From NCBI GenBank assembly GCA_012026655.1, contig JAAILG010000258.1, forward strand, positions 62,001-118,322: 56,322 bases of DNA, given 5' to 3'. A model generated the notes under the pieces. It had not been told where the DNA came from, searched no databases, and saw nothing but the letters and a program-made list of their open reading frames with translations. Of the stretch, positions 24,747 to 35,700 are shown piece after piece. Source of the stretch: Hydrolagus affinis. Its lineage: Eukaryota. The position numbers and the translations under genes are program-made. Within the stretch, counting starts at the first letter, position 1; every line of letters starts with the position of its first letter.

Positions 24747-24843
24747 GAGGGGCAGATGATAACCTGATTGAAGGAGGAGGCACAACCTTTGTCTGTAAAC
24801 CAGGGGCTCGAAACATAACCGTCATCTTCCATCCACTGTTAAG
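24747..24843 (+). CDS. EXOC4: Internal coding exon of exocyst complex component 4 (Sec8), equivalent to human exon 10
   Basis: Acceptor ttgttatttttttctccAG at 24745-46 and donor AAG|gtatgt at 24844. 97 nt, starts in phase 1, ends in phase 2. Translates (G)[31 protein letters not shown](R), near-identical to recalled vertebrate EXOC4 [33 protein letters not shown]. Confidence 0.95.
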
Positions 24844-25257
24844 GTATGTTGGAATGAAAAAAAATGTACTTACACTGCAAATAAGTCAATGCACAGGCCC
24901 AGCTACTTAATGGGCTGCAATTCTTTGTGCTCTGTTACTTTCTCTGTTACTTTCAAAATATTACTATATTTTGAAAATTAGCCCTGAAAGGACTTACTGC
25001 AATTCTTTATGTGACCTGTTAACCATTCTCACACCAGGTAAAGCATAGATCAAATACAATCCTTGCAGCATTGAGCTTTACTCCTAACTCTTAAAACACC
25101 ATCTTTAATTGCCAATTAGTCACTTGAAATGTCTAACTCTCCCTTCAATCTCTCTTAAAGAAACAGTTTAAGTTGATGTTGGAATTGAAGACCGATTTAT
25201 GTTGTAGATTGTACTGTCCAGTATACGGAATTGCAACTACCCCAAATTCACATCACT

Positions 25258-25322
25258 CACAACAAGAACAACTTGCTCTTATATAGCGCCTTCCATGCCA
25301 GGTGGTGTCTCAGAGTGCTTAA
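25258..25322 (-). mobile_element. L2 3' tail
   Basis: caacaagaacaacttgctcttatatagcgccttccatgccagg. Confidence 0.7.
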
Positions 25323-25439
25323 CTCAAGAGAGATGATCCCTCAAAAGTCTGACATTTTAAACAAAGATGAAATTACCAGGAATAAGTCTTGTGTTATCTC
25401 ACCAATCAGAGACTCTTGCTGATCTATGGTATTGTAGAT

Positions 25440-25685
25440 AACAACAGCAACAAGTTACATTTGTCGAGTGCCTTTTACATTTTGTATAGCGCCTTTCACA
25501 TCTGGAGGACGTCCCAAGGCTCTGGACAGTCAGAGATTTGGACCCGAGCAGAGTTTGGGATCATGGGGGGTAGGATGGCGCCCAAAGGTCGAAGAGGAGG
25601 GTCTTAAGATGTGCTTGAAGGAGGCAAGGGAGCAAGCAAGGCGGAGGGACTGTGGAGGTGGAGTTCCAAAGGGTGGAGAGGCTGA
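25440..25685 (-). mobile_element. L2 LINE 3' end
   Basis: The reverse complement of 25483-25532 matches 22732-22781 at 46/50. Confidence 0.9.
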
Positions 25686-26921
25686 TATATGTGACAAACT
25701 AGTGCACAAGAAGGAAAGTAAGATGGTAAAGTAGATAGAAAGTAAGTAATATTCCAAGCAGTACTTGGAATTTATTTATATTGTGTCTTGCGCTTAACAA
25801 TGCTAAACAGGCAATATTGGTGGGAGCCAATGGGTGGGATGAGAAATATGACCAAAAGTGCAGTGAAAGAGGTAAATTCTGAGACATTCAAGCAGTGTTA
25901 AGGATGGAGTAGGAATCACATTCATATTAGAAATTACCAAGAGTGCAGGAAGGTATTTTACAAACCAAGCGTAGCCTCAAGAGACAAGTCAGTGAATCAA
26001 TCTGTACTTCCAGGCAAAAAAAAATTGCGTATCTTTGGAAACTGACAAATCATAACGTATTTATAAATCAGTACAATCTGTTCTTCAAAGTTGGGCAGAG
26101 TGGAGCTTGCAATTAAAATGCAGATAGCAAGTTTATTGAACATGCAACATTAGAATCGAAATATATTGATTGCCATACTTGACAGCCTGTCAGTGGAAGA
26201 TAAGTTTTGATGTAAATTTTTCTCCTCTGAGTTTTGATTTATGATTGATTGTTGAAGTGTTGAGTTCCCAGCGGATCAATCAGTGGTTAGCTTTACGTAT
26301 CCTGCTTCCAAGGTGCCAGGTTCTCTTTATCCTTTTGTGTGCACAAAGCCAGGAGAGGATAACAATCCTTGATACTTGATACCACAGATCCTGGTGCAAT
26401 ATTGAATTCAACTGGATCACATTGTATTTAAACTTATTGCTGTAATTTCCGCACTTATTGGAATGAGATTGTTAACAGAACAGGATGTCAATAACTCGCT
26501 CCTTCTCAGTGTGTTATTGACAGCGGTGCAGCATTCTCCAAAGTGCAACAAGTTTGAGGCAGCAATGTCAAGTGACTGTTGAAAGCTCAAAAGCCCAGTA
26601 AACCAAAGGAGCAACTAAAACATGTCGGAAATAGTGATTAGTCGGTAGGAAAATTGAGGATAACAAGCTGATTGAAGGATTCACACTATCCCTTAATTGA
26701 CTTGTCTTTCCTCAAAAACCTAGCACAGTGGAGGCGTTCATCCATTATCATTTAAATTCACACCAATCATCATTATTTTATCTGCAATCACATTGATGCA
26801 GGGGATAAGGCTATTATTAATAATAATATATCATTTTAAGCTTTTTCATCTGAACACTCGTCCTCAAAACCAAAGAAACTTGTATTCGACTTAGACATTT
26901 ATTGCCAATTCTAGCCATCTA

Positions 26922-27070
26922 AAATAATGTAATGATAAAATCCTTGCATTTGATACAGCACCTTATCGCATTGTTGAATGTCTCAAAACGCTTCCCAACG
27001 TTTATTTTATAATGTAGTGACTGCCTCTGTAGGTGAATAAAACCAGACGATGCTGCAAATGCACACCCAG
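26922..27070 (-). mobile_element. SINE 3' fragment
   Basis: aatccttgcatttgatacagcaccttatc. Confidence 0.75.
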
Positions 27071-28385
27071 TAGATAAGTACTGTATCTGAAAGAAAGAGA
27101 TAAATGAATGTTTGAGTGAATGTCTATTGAGTTGAAGAATTGGACACAAAAAGGGGAATTATATTCCTCTTTCAAATGCTATTGACGTCAACACCCTTAC
27201 TCATTTGCATTGACTTCAGCAAATTTGGTTGGCATCCGTTTCCACTAAGTTTCAAATGCAAGGATTATTATTATTAGTAGTAGTAATTATTGAATTCAAA
27301 ATCTCAGATCATATTGATTCAGTTGCAGCAACTTGGTTGAAGTCCATTGACTTCAATACACGCCTTTTCAACAACTTGTATATATGTAGCATCATGTAGG
27401 GTGGCCACATATGCATTCAAATTGGCTTCCCCAAACTTGGTTGGCAGTTACGTTTGACGGTTATGCCTTTGAAGTTCCCTAAACACAGTTAATCTGTTTG
27501 TTATATAGGAACTCCAGAGAGATAGCTGAACAAGGAATGTAAGTTGTATTTTTACTGGACACCATAACAGTCTGGCAGGAATATCAGTTAATGGATATCT
27601 TACATGTTATATTCAAGAGAATACAGTTGTAACGGGTTTCATCAGCTTTCCAGGTTACTCCAGATGTTCCAAGAGTGTGATACTAACAATAATCACATTT
27701 AATAGAGCGCCTTATCACATTGTTAAAACATGATAAGCTTGCTTGGCACCCATTTTTTATTCTTCCTTGAGTGCAATGGCATTCAAATGCACTGAGCTCG
27801 CAAATCCCGACATTTTTTGCAGTTCATTTCCATGTGCTCTGTTGATCTATTGTACGAAGCTAGCAGCCAGAATAGGAGCATATTGATCGCAAACAGTTTC
27901 TAGGAACAGATTGAATTGCTTCAGGGACTGTGCTGTGTGACAGCATTGTTTAATTGCTGGTGAAAATGCCAATGATCTTAATACCGTTGAACACCATTTG
28001 CCTAACGGGCATCAACATATTGGAGCCTTTCAGTATAAATATCAGCCACACTGTTACAGTTAGATATAATTATGAATTTGAAATGTGTGGGAGATGAAGG
28101 GTGGAGCTAGCTAATAAAAAAAATCTCAAGACAGTGTTATTGAACTGACCCAGTTTGAGCACCTCACGATATTGCTAAAGACACACGAAATGTGCCTTCA
28201 GCTGACCCGATGAACAGAAGGAACGAACAAGATGACTCGTCTGCCCTTGTGCAATATTTGCACAACAGTGTTTACAAATTAGCACTTCATTAGGAAACCA
28301 TATTTATAGGTTTCCAACATCAATGGTGTGATCCAAACAGAAATTTTGGTTATATAAAGAACGGTTCATCTTAAAGGCAGGACTT

Positions 28386-28721
28386 AATAATAATAATCTT
28401 TGCTTTTGATACAACAATTTATCACGTCTTTGAGGAGTCTCAAAGTGCTTCACGGAATATAATGTAAAGTGAATTGACAACATTTGGTGGGCCAAACGCG
28501 GCATCCAATTTCGCACAACAGCGTCCCACAAATAGTCATGGATTGAGTGACTAAATTATTATTATTTTTGTCGGGATTATTGCCCCAGAAAAGCGATCTG
28601 CCAATCGACTAACAACCGGGTTCCTACTTACTGCGAGGTAAACAGAGGGGTGTGGAGTAAGAAAACCGCCCTGCCCAGGAATCGAACTCAAATCCTCTTG
28701 CTTGCAAAGCGAGTGCTCCAA
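28386..28721 (-). mobile_element. tRNA-SINE, full-length long variant
   Basis: Tail, body, ccaatcgactaacaaccgggttcctacttactg block and head ggaatcgaactc...gcaaagcgagtgctc. Confidence 0.9.
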
Positions 28722-29864
28722 ATTGTAAAGGATATGTAAATGAATTGGGAGAAGAATTAAGGGGAATCAAATTTATGTTCAGTATGTTTTTTCCAATTTA
28801 CTCTTTTGTTTTTATTTTAGGTGACAGATCAGCTTTGCAGATGGTATAAGAGAGATACAATTGTAGTTTGAAAGCCGTAACAGTTTGAACCAAGTTCACT
28901 GTACTGTGCATAGTTTTTATGTCACAATGAAACATGTGTGAACTTCGTCCCATTGATGTAGCATATTAAAAGATCAAGTTTGATGCTGTAATACAGAGCA
29001 TTGTAAAGAGACAGTGAAGCTGAAATTGTTGGTCTTTACAAAAGGTATCTTTTGTATTAGCCCAACAATGTAAACCTATTTTTTCTCTCCTGCACCAATT
29101 TTCCTCCCCACATATGATTTTACAAGAGCAGTTGTCATGATTTGTATATTGTCAAGATTCAGTTTAAATTCACGGTCTTGCTTTTCTGAGGCAAAAATAT
29201 CAATAATTTCTTGGGCAACATTTTCTGAATATAATGGGCTACACAACACATCGTAAAGTTAAAATGCTACATTCAGATCATAATGGATTAAGTAAAAGAT
29301 GGAACAAAGTTTAAAGAAAAACTCACAAAGAAAGATTAACTAACTAATACAAAGAACCATATTTCAGACTTATGATGCTTGAAAATGTTCTCTTTCCTCA
29401 CAGAATGAGGTAGTCAGCAGGTTTACATTAATTTCTTTGGAAAAAATTACTAGCAAAGATTTGAATAACCAGCCGAATAACCTGGGACTGTTCTAACATT
29501 GTTGGATAATGATTATTGTATTTTACATTGTGCCTTTCATGTCAGGAGGGCATCCAAAAGCACTTCAGGGGATTTTACTATATAGTGACTAATTTTGCAG
29601 GCGATTGCAACAGCCGTGTTGCACACAGCAATGTCCCACAAGGAATTCTATTGATTCTATGTTTGGAACAAACTAACAAGGAAGCTAACAGCAAAAAGTT
29701 GTAGCTACTGAAAATACAATGAGTTCCTCAGCTCAATTTCTCTCATATACATTGTGAATTTGCCAATTTAGTGCCATTTGTCTGAATTTGATTTGAACCC
29801 AGGAAAATTTAGACACTTAGAGTAATTATTGCTCCATTTCCCAGCACTGATATTTCCCGAATTT

Positions 29865-30015
29865 GAGCACAGGGAGAAACTCCCTTTTCTTTTTGAATGG
29901 GATCTTTAACAGGAACTGTAACATTCGCATTCACTGCATTATATCATAATAATCCTTGCATTTGATATCACGTCGTCGAAATGTATCAGAGTGCTTCACA
30001 GGATATACTATAATG
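29865..30015 (-). mobile_element. Deu-SINE and SINE-tail fragments
   Basis: agggagaaactccc...gggatctttaac, plus tail aataatccttgcatttgatat. Confidence 0.55.
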
Positions 30016-30349
30016 CGGATTGTGATCAGAACATGTTATATTAAGATTCATTTAGCTTTCCTAGCTCTTCTGCAAATATTTTAAATGTTAATGAGTGGAA
30101 GAGAAAATACCCAAGTGCTCCTGCACATCTTCAATTTTGTACCATTCCAAGTCAAAGCGTAGTGAAGTCAGAAGGCACAAGAGCTCAGCTGGTAGTTTAA
30201 GATAAAGTCATTATTTGAATAATAATAACATGCCTTTTAGCAGAAGGAAAAATGCATTTCTTCTGACTTAAAATATAGAGTGCCAATCCTGTGTCTTTCA
30301 GTAAACTGAGTTGTTTTTTTGGGGAGAGGATTGAAGCCTATTACTTACC

Positions 30350-30545
30350 TTTCCTCCCCATCTCTACTTAAAAGTGTTGACACTACTACATGTACAGGTA
30401 ACTTTCCCCAAGTGTCTAATCTTCATCTTTGAGCCCAGACAGTGAGGGCTCCCCCACCCCCCGACCCCCCAGCTCTGGGATGTGAAGCTGAGATGCGGTA
30501 ACTCAGCACTCAATCAGATTTGAACCTGTGAGCAGTAGCCCACTG
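30350..30545 (-). mobile_element. Old SINE (AmnSINE2-like, tentative)
   Basis: gagcccagacagtgag...gctgagatgcggtaactcagcac...ttgaacctg. Confidence 0.45.
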
Positions 30546-31821
30546 TTTGGGCACAACACAACATAGCTTCAAACATGGGGTAATTCCATTCATATTTCCC
30601 ACAAACCCCACAAACTGTTGACTGCAGCCATGTGTGTCCTAAAATGAGCTGAGTCTCAAAGTGCATGTGTTGTAAATAACATACCACAAGCAAGCAAAAT
30701 AGTTGTGGATGTGTGCCAGAATGTAGCCCTCAAGTATGTGTTGTTTTAGGAGGGGATAAAAGGATTAGCTCCTTGATCAGGGAATTAGCAGCTAGGCAAG
30801 CTTTTATTTACATTGAAAATCTCTTTCAGGGTCCTGACCTCTATTGGGCTCCACAATACATATTGTGTATCTGTTGTTGTATTTCTGTTCATATAATTGT
30901 ATTGGAAAACACTTAACCTTCTCCAAACTATCTCAGATTATCACATAGGATTGAGGATGAAAATTGCATAGTGAAGCTGGGAGATGATGATCATAGAATT
31001 TTATTTGTCAAAATGAAAGTTTGGTTTGTTGAAATTTTCTGAGACACCAGTGAGTAAGGAGATGCCGCTATTTGAGTGTGTTTTTTTACAACGTTAAAGT
31101 GTTGTCTACACTGTGCCTGTAGATTTTCAGCAGCATAGTTTTGCAGTTGAACAACACTTTTCCTAAAACTTTTGACTGGCCAAAATGGTCATCGACGGAG
31201 ACGAGGTAATGGCAGTTGTAGGTGGCTGGATTGTGACCTGTGGTTCAGCAGCTTTCTATCAAAAAGAAAAACATCATCTCAAATAATTCACATCTTTAAA
31301 ACAAACCAATGGAATATAATGACTTTGCCGAGAGGGTGTTTGCTTCTTCCATTTGGGTCAGCGCGAAAATGCCTCAAAATTAACTTTTTTGTTGTTGTTA
31401 TTAAACTTGAGTTCTTCTGACAAAGTGGGTGTTTGTCCTTGATTCAGGTTGACAGGTCGTGAAACCTTCAGGTTAACGGTTTGCCTTTTGATGACAGCAG
31501 AAGACATACTAAAAACAATACACTAAGCATGCATTAATTTGTAGTGGCGAGTAAGCATGAGATGAACTGTCACAACAGATTCCGAACCAGATCATTCAAG
31601 TGTGGTAATTTTAACAAAATAGCCTTTTATGGATCGGAGGCCATTGTGACTGTGGCATTGATGTTCTCTCAAAAAAATACTTTCAGACAATTAGCATACT
31701 ACATGTAAGCAGATTGTGAAGATGCTGACTGTTAATTAAATGTTCATTTGGCCATTCAGCCAAAGGGCATCTTTGAAGGAAGAAACTATAAAAATGCAAA
31801 GATGATAGTGCTCGTTTAATC

Positions 31822-32105
31822 ATAATAATAATCCTTGCATTTGGTATAGCGCTTTTCACGTCTTCCAGAATATGCTGTAAAGTGAATTGACTGTATATTT
31901 TGTGGGCGGAACACAGCAGCCAGTTACGCACAGCAGTGTCCCACAAGCAGTCGTGGGTTGAAGTGACCAATTTATTGTTGTGTTTTTTTTAAGGGATTAT
32001 TGTCTGGCATGTGGAGTAAGGAAACTTGCCCAAGGTTTTGCACTCCCGGGAATTGAAACCAGGTGTCTCGCTTGCAAGGCGAGTGCTCTGACCACTGAGC
32101 TACCA
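31822..32105 (-). mobile_element. tRNA-SINE, short variant with intact tRNA-like head
   Basis: Minus strand ggtagctcagtggtcagagcactcgccttgcaagcgagacacctggtttcaattcc (A- and B-box-like). Confidence 0.92.
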
Positions 32106-32426
32106 ATGTCTTAAGCTTGTCAGGCTTTTGTGGGTGGAATTCGAAAGGTACCTGATTCATGAATCAAGGATGAAGCTCCTTGCATTCAGGTGCAGACCGG
32201 ACCTCAAAAGAGATAGCACTTTGCCCCAGAAGGATTTGATGTTAGTTGAATGCAGAGTGCAATTGCCACTGTAGTTAATAAAGTCCATAAGGATTTGTTG
32301 TTGGGCTGCCTCCAAAAATGAAGAGAATACAAGCCTTTGAGGGATAAACGTTGGGTGATGGTGGTGGATGAAGGCAATACGAAAATGACGGGATATGGAA
32401 CTGAGATCTATAAGAATAAGAATATT

Positions 32427-32531
32427 TAATAATAATTATAATAATCCAAGCATTTGAAATATGATCACATCATTAAGTAGCTCAAGCGCTTCACAGAATA
32501 TACTGTAAAGTGAATTGATTGTATATTTTGT
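32427..32531 (-). mobile_element. SINE 3' fragment
   Basis: gcgcttcacagaatatactgtaaagtgaattga. Confidence 0.8.
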
Positions 32532-33296
32532 CGTCCACCACTACTTTATAAAGAGGCTGTAAACATCATTTACAACCTGTGATGCTGCCCTTTCCTAGTT
32601 CAGAATCACAAGAGTCCCAGCTAACACAGTGTGGAGGGAATAAATAAACATGTACCCAAGAAAAGTAAGTTTGAAATAGATGCACCAAAATTTATGCATA
32701 GGTCAATTAAAATATGAATAAATAAGAACAGATTACAGGATAAAAAGAGGGAGACCAGCTTGGGAAGAATTCAAGCGTTAGCTAAAATCGGGTTAAAATA
32801 GAGATTTGAGTGCACAGCGCCTTAGCTTAAGAGGAAATTAGAATTCGTGAAGAAAAAGGTGTTCATTAAGTTAAGATGATAAAACATCCTCCCCCAAAAT
32901 TGAATGTGATATTTATTCTCCATGGAAGATAATACCATACCATATTAATTTGCTATCCTGCATCTACAGCACATCAATTACTCTGGAGAATTTTCCAGTT
33001 ATTGTGGCAGAGGTACTTGATATTAACCAGTCTCTTTGGCAAGTGTCATCTATGTATAGTTCTGAAGGAGACAAGGTGGGAAGAATGCACGGCATTGGTT
33101 ATCACCTTGGAAGATGTGTTGAGCAGCAAAGTTTCACAGCACTGTATTGCAGGCAAATGTTGTACTTTGTGAAAATCTATTAAAAACAATACAAACGGCC
33201 ACCAACGTTCTGCCTTGTAGTGCAATGTACATACATACCTCTTTGACTGTGTTTTCGGTCATTTTCCTCTTCCACTCCCTTCAGCTCCCACACCAG

Positions 33297-33570
33297 CTCG
33301 TAGTGTCTTTGAGGCATCTCAAAGCGCTTCACAGAATAAACTGTCAACTTAATTGACTGTACATTTTGTGGGCAAAAACGTGGCAGCCAATCACACACAG
33401 CTGTGTCCCATAAACGGTCGTGGGTGAAAGTGACTAGTTTTTTTCAATTTTTTTAAAGGAATTATTACCCCTGGAAAAGCAATCCGCCAATCGACTAACA
33501 ACTGGGTTCCCAGTTACTGCGAGTTGAACAGAGGAATGTGGATTAAGGAAACTTGCCCAATATTTCACCT
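33297..33570 (-). mobile_element. tRNA-SINE, long variant, partial
   Basis: Body plus ccgccaatcgactaacaactgggttcc block. Confidence 0.88.
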
Positions 33571-33774
33571 TGTTATTGGTGGTTTCAAGATATAACGCTA
33601 GCTCTTCGCCAGTGGTTTCTGGCATCAAAACAAGTAGCCATTAGCATTGACATTCCATACACGATGCTGTTCTAATTGCAATGCAATAACATGGCATAGT
33701 CACTCACTGCCAGAGCCTGTGACAAAACAGTTTCCAGGGTCTAGAAAACAGCCTGAAGTGAACTCATCGAACGA

Positions 33775-33885
33775 ACATTCACCCACAAAATACTGTTAAT
33801 CCACTTTACAATATATTCTGTGAAGCGCTTTGTGAAGTCTCAATGACGTGATAAGGTGATGTATCAAAATGCAAGGATTATTAAT
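33775..33885 (+). mobile_element. SINE 3' fragment
   Basis: cactttacaatatattctgtgaagcgctt...aaatgcaaggattatt. Confidence 0.85.
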
Positions 33886-34919
33886 ATTCAAGCGCTACTA
33901 ACTCGAACTTCCAGATGTCTGTGGGCTCCTACAGGGAGCTTCATGCACAGAACGTAACTAGATTTATTACACGCACTGTCACTTAGAGAATCTCATAACA
34001 GGTCAAGTCACTTGAACGGAATGAAAAGCCAGAACAGAAACAATATTTTAATATTTAAAGGACGTAGCAGGAAGATAAGACTGAATCCACTTTAATATGT
34101 CTCTTATTGCAGTATTAACCTAAACAAGCAGGAATTGAGATGCTCTGGGTTGCTCACCATAACTTACAATACACGCGCAGGCTGACAGCTAAGGAGGTGG
34201 GTTTCAGCGATGTACTAAATGTGAGAACTCCTCACTAAAGGTAAATTGTTCATTAATCATTATATGTTTCTCTTTTTATAGCTTGGGGGGGAGCACTTCG
34301 AACAGAAATTACTCCCTGTAGACACCCCTTGCCCTTTAAATATGTTAAAGCAATGGAGAGAGTTTAATGACCATATTGAGGATCTTGTTTGTGCTCACTC
34401 ATCCCTTGCTGCCAAGCTTGGTTGTAAAACTGTGTGTATAATAACCTATGATAGGAGTGCCAAGCGCAAATAAACTCATTCTGATTTATGGCTGACTATT
34501 GTGTCGGATAACCCTGAGTTTAATTTTCCAGCACTAAATATCTAGAGGCAGAAACTCTAAGCAAAGAAAGTGCCGAAAGCCTTAGTTAATTAAGTTTGCA
34601 GTGGCAGGATGTATGGAGATAATACAGGTAGGGATATTTCTGCAATTCAGTCTGTTTTTTTGAAACATGTAAAAGTCTGGCTTCATCCATCTCCGAGCTC
34701 TGCTGCCATCAGCAGCCTAGACTTTAGAGGCTCTGCTGGAAGGAAGTCTAGGGCCAAAATTGGCTGCTAAACACCTTTAGAGCCAGCAATACAGGTTGTA
34801 ATTGGGGTGTACAGTACTTTGGCTGCTGATGTACTGTACTTTATGAGCTCAACAGGCATTAGTACACAGGAGAAAGAATTGGGGAGTGCGACTGGAGTTG
34901 GAACCATCAGAAAAATGTG

Positions 34920-35143
34920 TCCTTCCCACAATCCTTCACCTTGCTCCCTCGCCTCCTTCAAGACCGGTTTCAAGAGCCTCTTCTTCGACCGTGCCTTCAG
35001 TCACCGTCCTACCCCTCTACCCTCCCTCATATCCCCCCCCCCACCCCCGATACTCAGGTCCTGACACCTGACTGTTCAGCGCCTCGGGACGTCATCCTCC
35101 CTACGTGAAAGGTGCTCTACAAATGGCATTTTGTTGTTGTTGT
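34920..35143 (+). mobile_element. L2 3' end, tail-to-tail with a minus-strand L2 tail (35153-35192)
   Basis: cctcgcctccttcaagacc...cagcgcctcgggacgtc...gttgttgttg. Confidence 0.88.
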
Positions 35144-35519
35144 GGCAGCAGTCAACAACAACAACTTGCATTTATGTAGCGCTTCCTCGCAGGGTAGAGT
35201 CCTGGTGGAGCCGGGGAGAAGGAGGAAGGTGACCAGTATCAAGCATCAAATGGGCTGTTGCGATGCCTTTAGTGCTCACAGAATTGAAAATCACTCAGCC
35301 TTCAGTCCTGGTTGGGGCAAGCCATCAAACTAAAGCACGTTCTGTTGAGAGGCTTGCCGGAGAGAACGCTTTCTGTTGCATCTGAAATAAAAGCTGGAAA
35401 AACACATCAGCTGAAAGGGAAAGCAGTTTTTTGTGTTTCAAAGCTAACACTTGATTTTCAGGCTTTTATTTCAAATATTTACGTTCTCAACTTTATGAAT
35501 GATTTCTGTATTTAAAATC

Positions 35520-35700
35520 TATAATTATAATAATAATCTTTATATTTGATATAATACCTTATTAGATTGAGACAAATCAAAGCGTTTCACAGAATATACT
35601 GTAAAGTAAAGTGATTGCACTTTGTAGGCAAAATGCAGCAGCCAATTGCACACAGCAGTGTCCTACATTGAGTGAGCAAAGTTTTTTGAAAGTATTGTTA
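35520..35700 (-). mobile_element. SINE 3' fragment
   Basis: Tail plus gcagccaattgcacacagcagtgtcc. Confidence 0.85.

Noticed and set aside
24728-24910. 60-aa ORF as a standalone gene
   Set aside because: Only 24747-24843 is exon. The flanks are the polypyrimidine tract and the intron read in frame.
28247-28265. Short palindromes (ttgtgcaa-tat-ttgcacaa; also 2219-2240)
   Set aside because: Stems of 8-9 bp are expected by chance in 56 kb of AT-rich DNA.
29406-29414. tgaggtagt, a let-7 seed lookalike
   Set aside because: Only 9 nt match and there is no hairpin.
32040-32105. tRNA gene
   Set aside because: The A/B-box-like sequence continues directly into the SINE body, so it is a SINE head. 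The same applies at 39815, 43030 and 48078.
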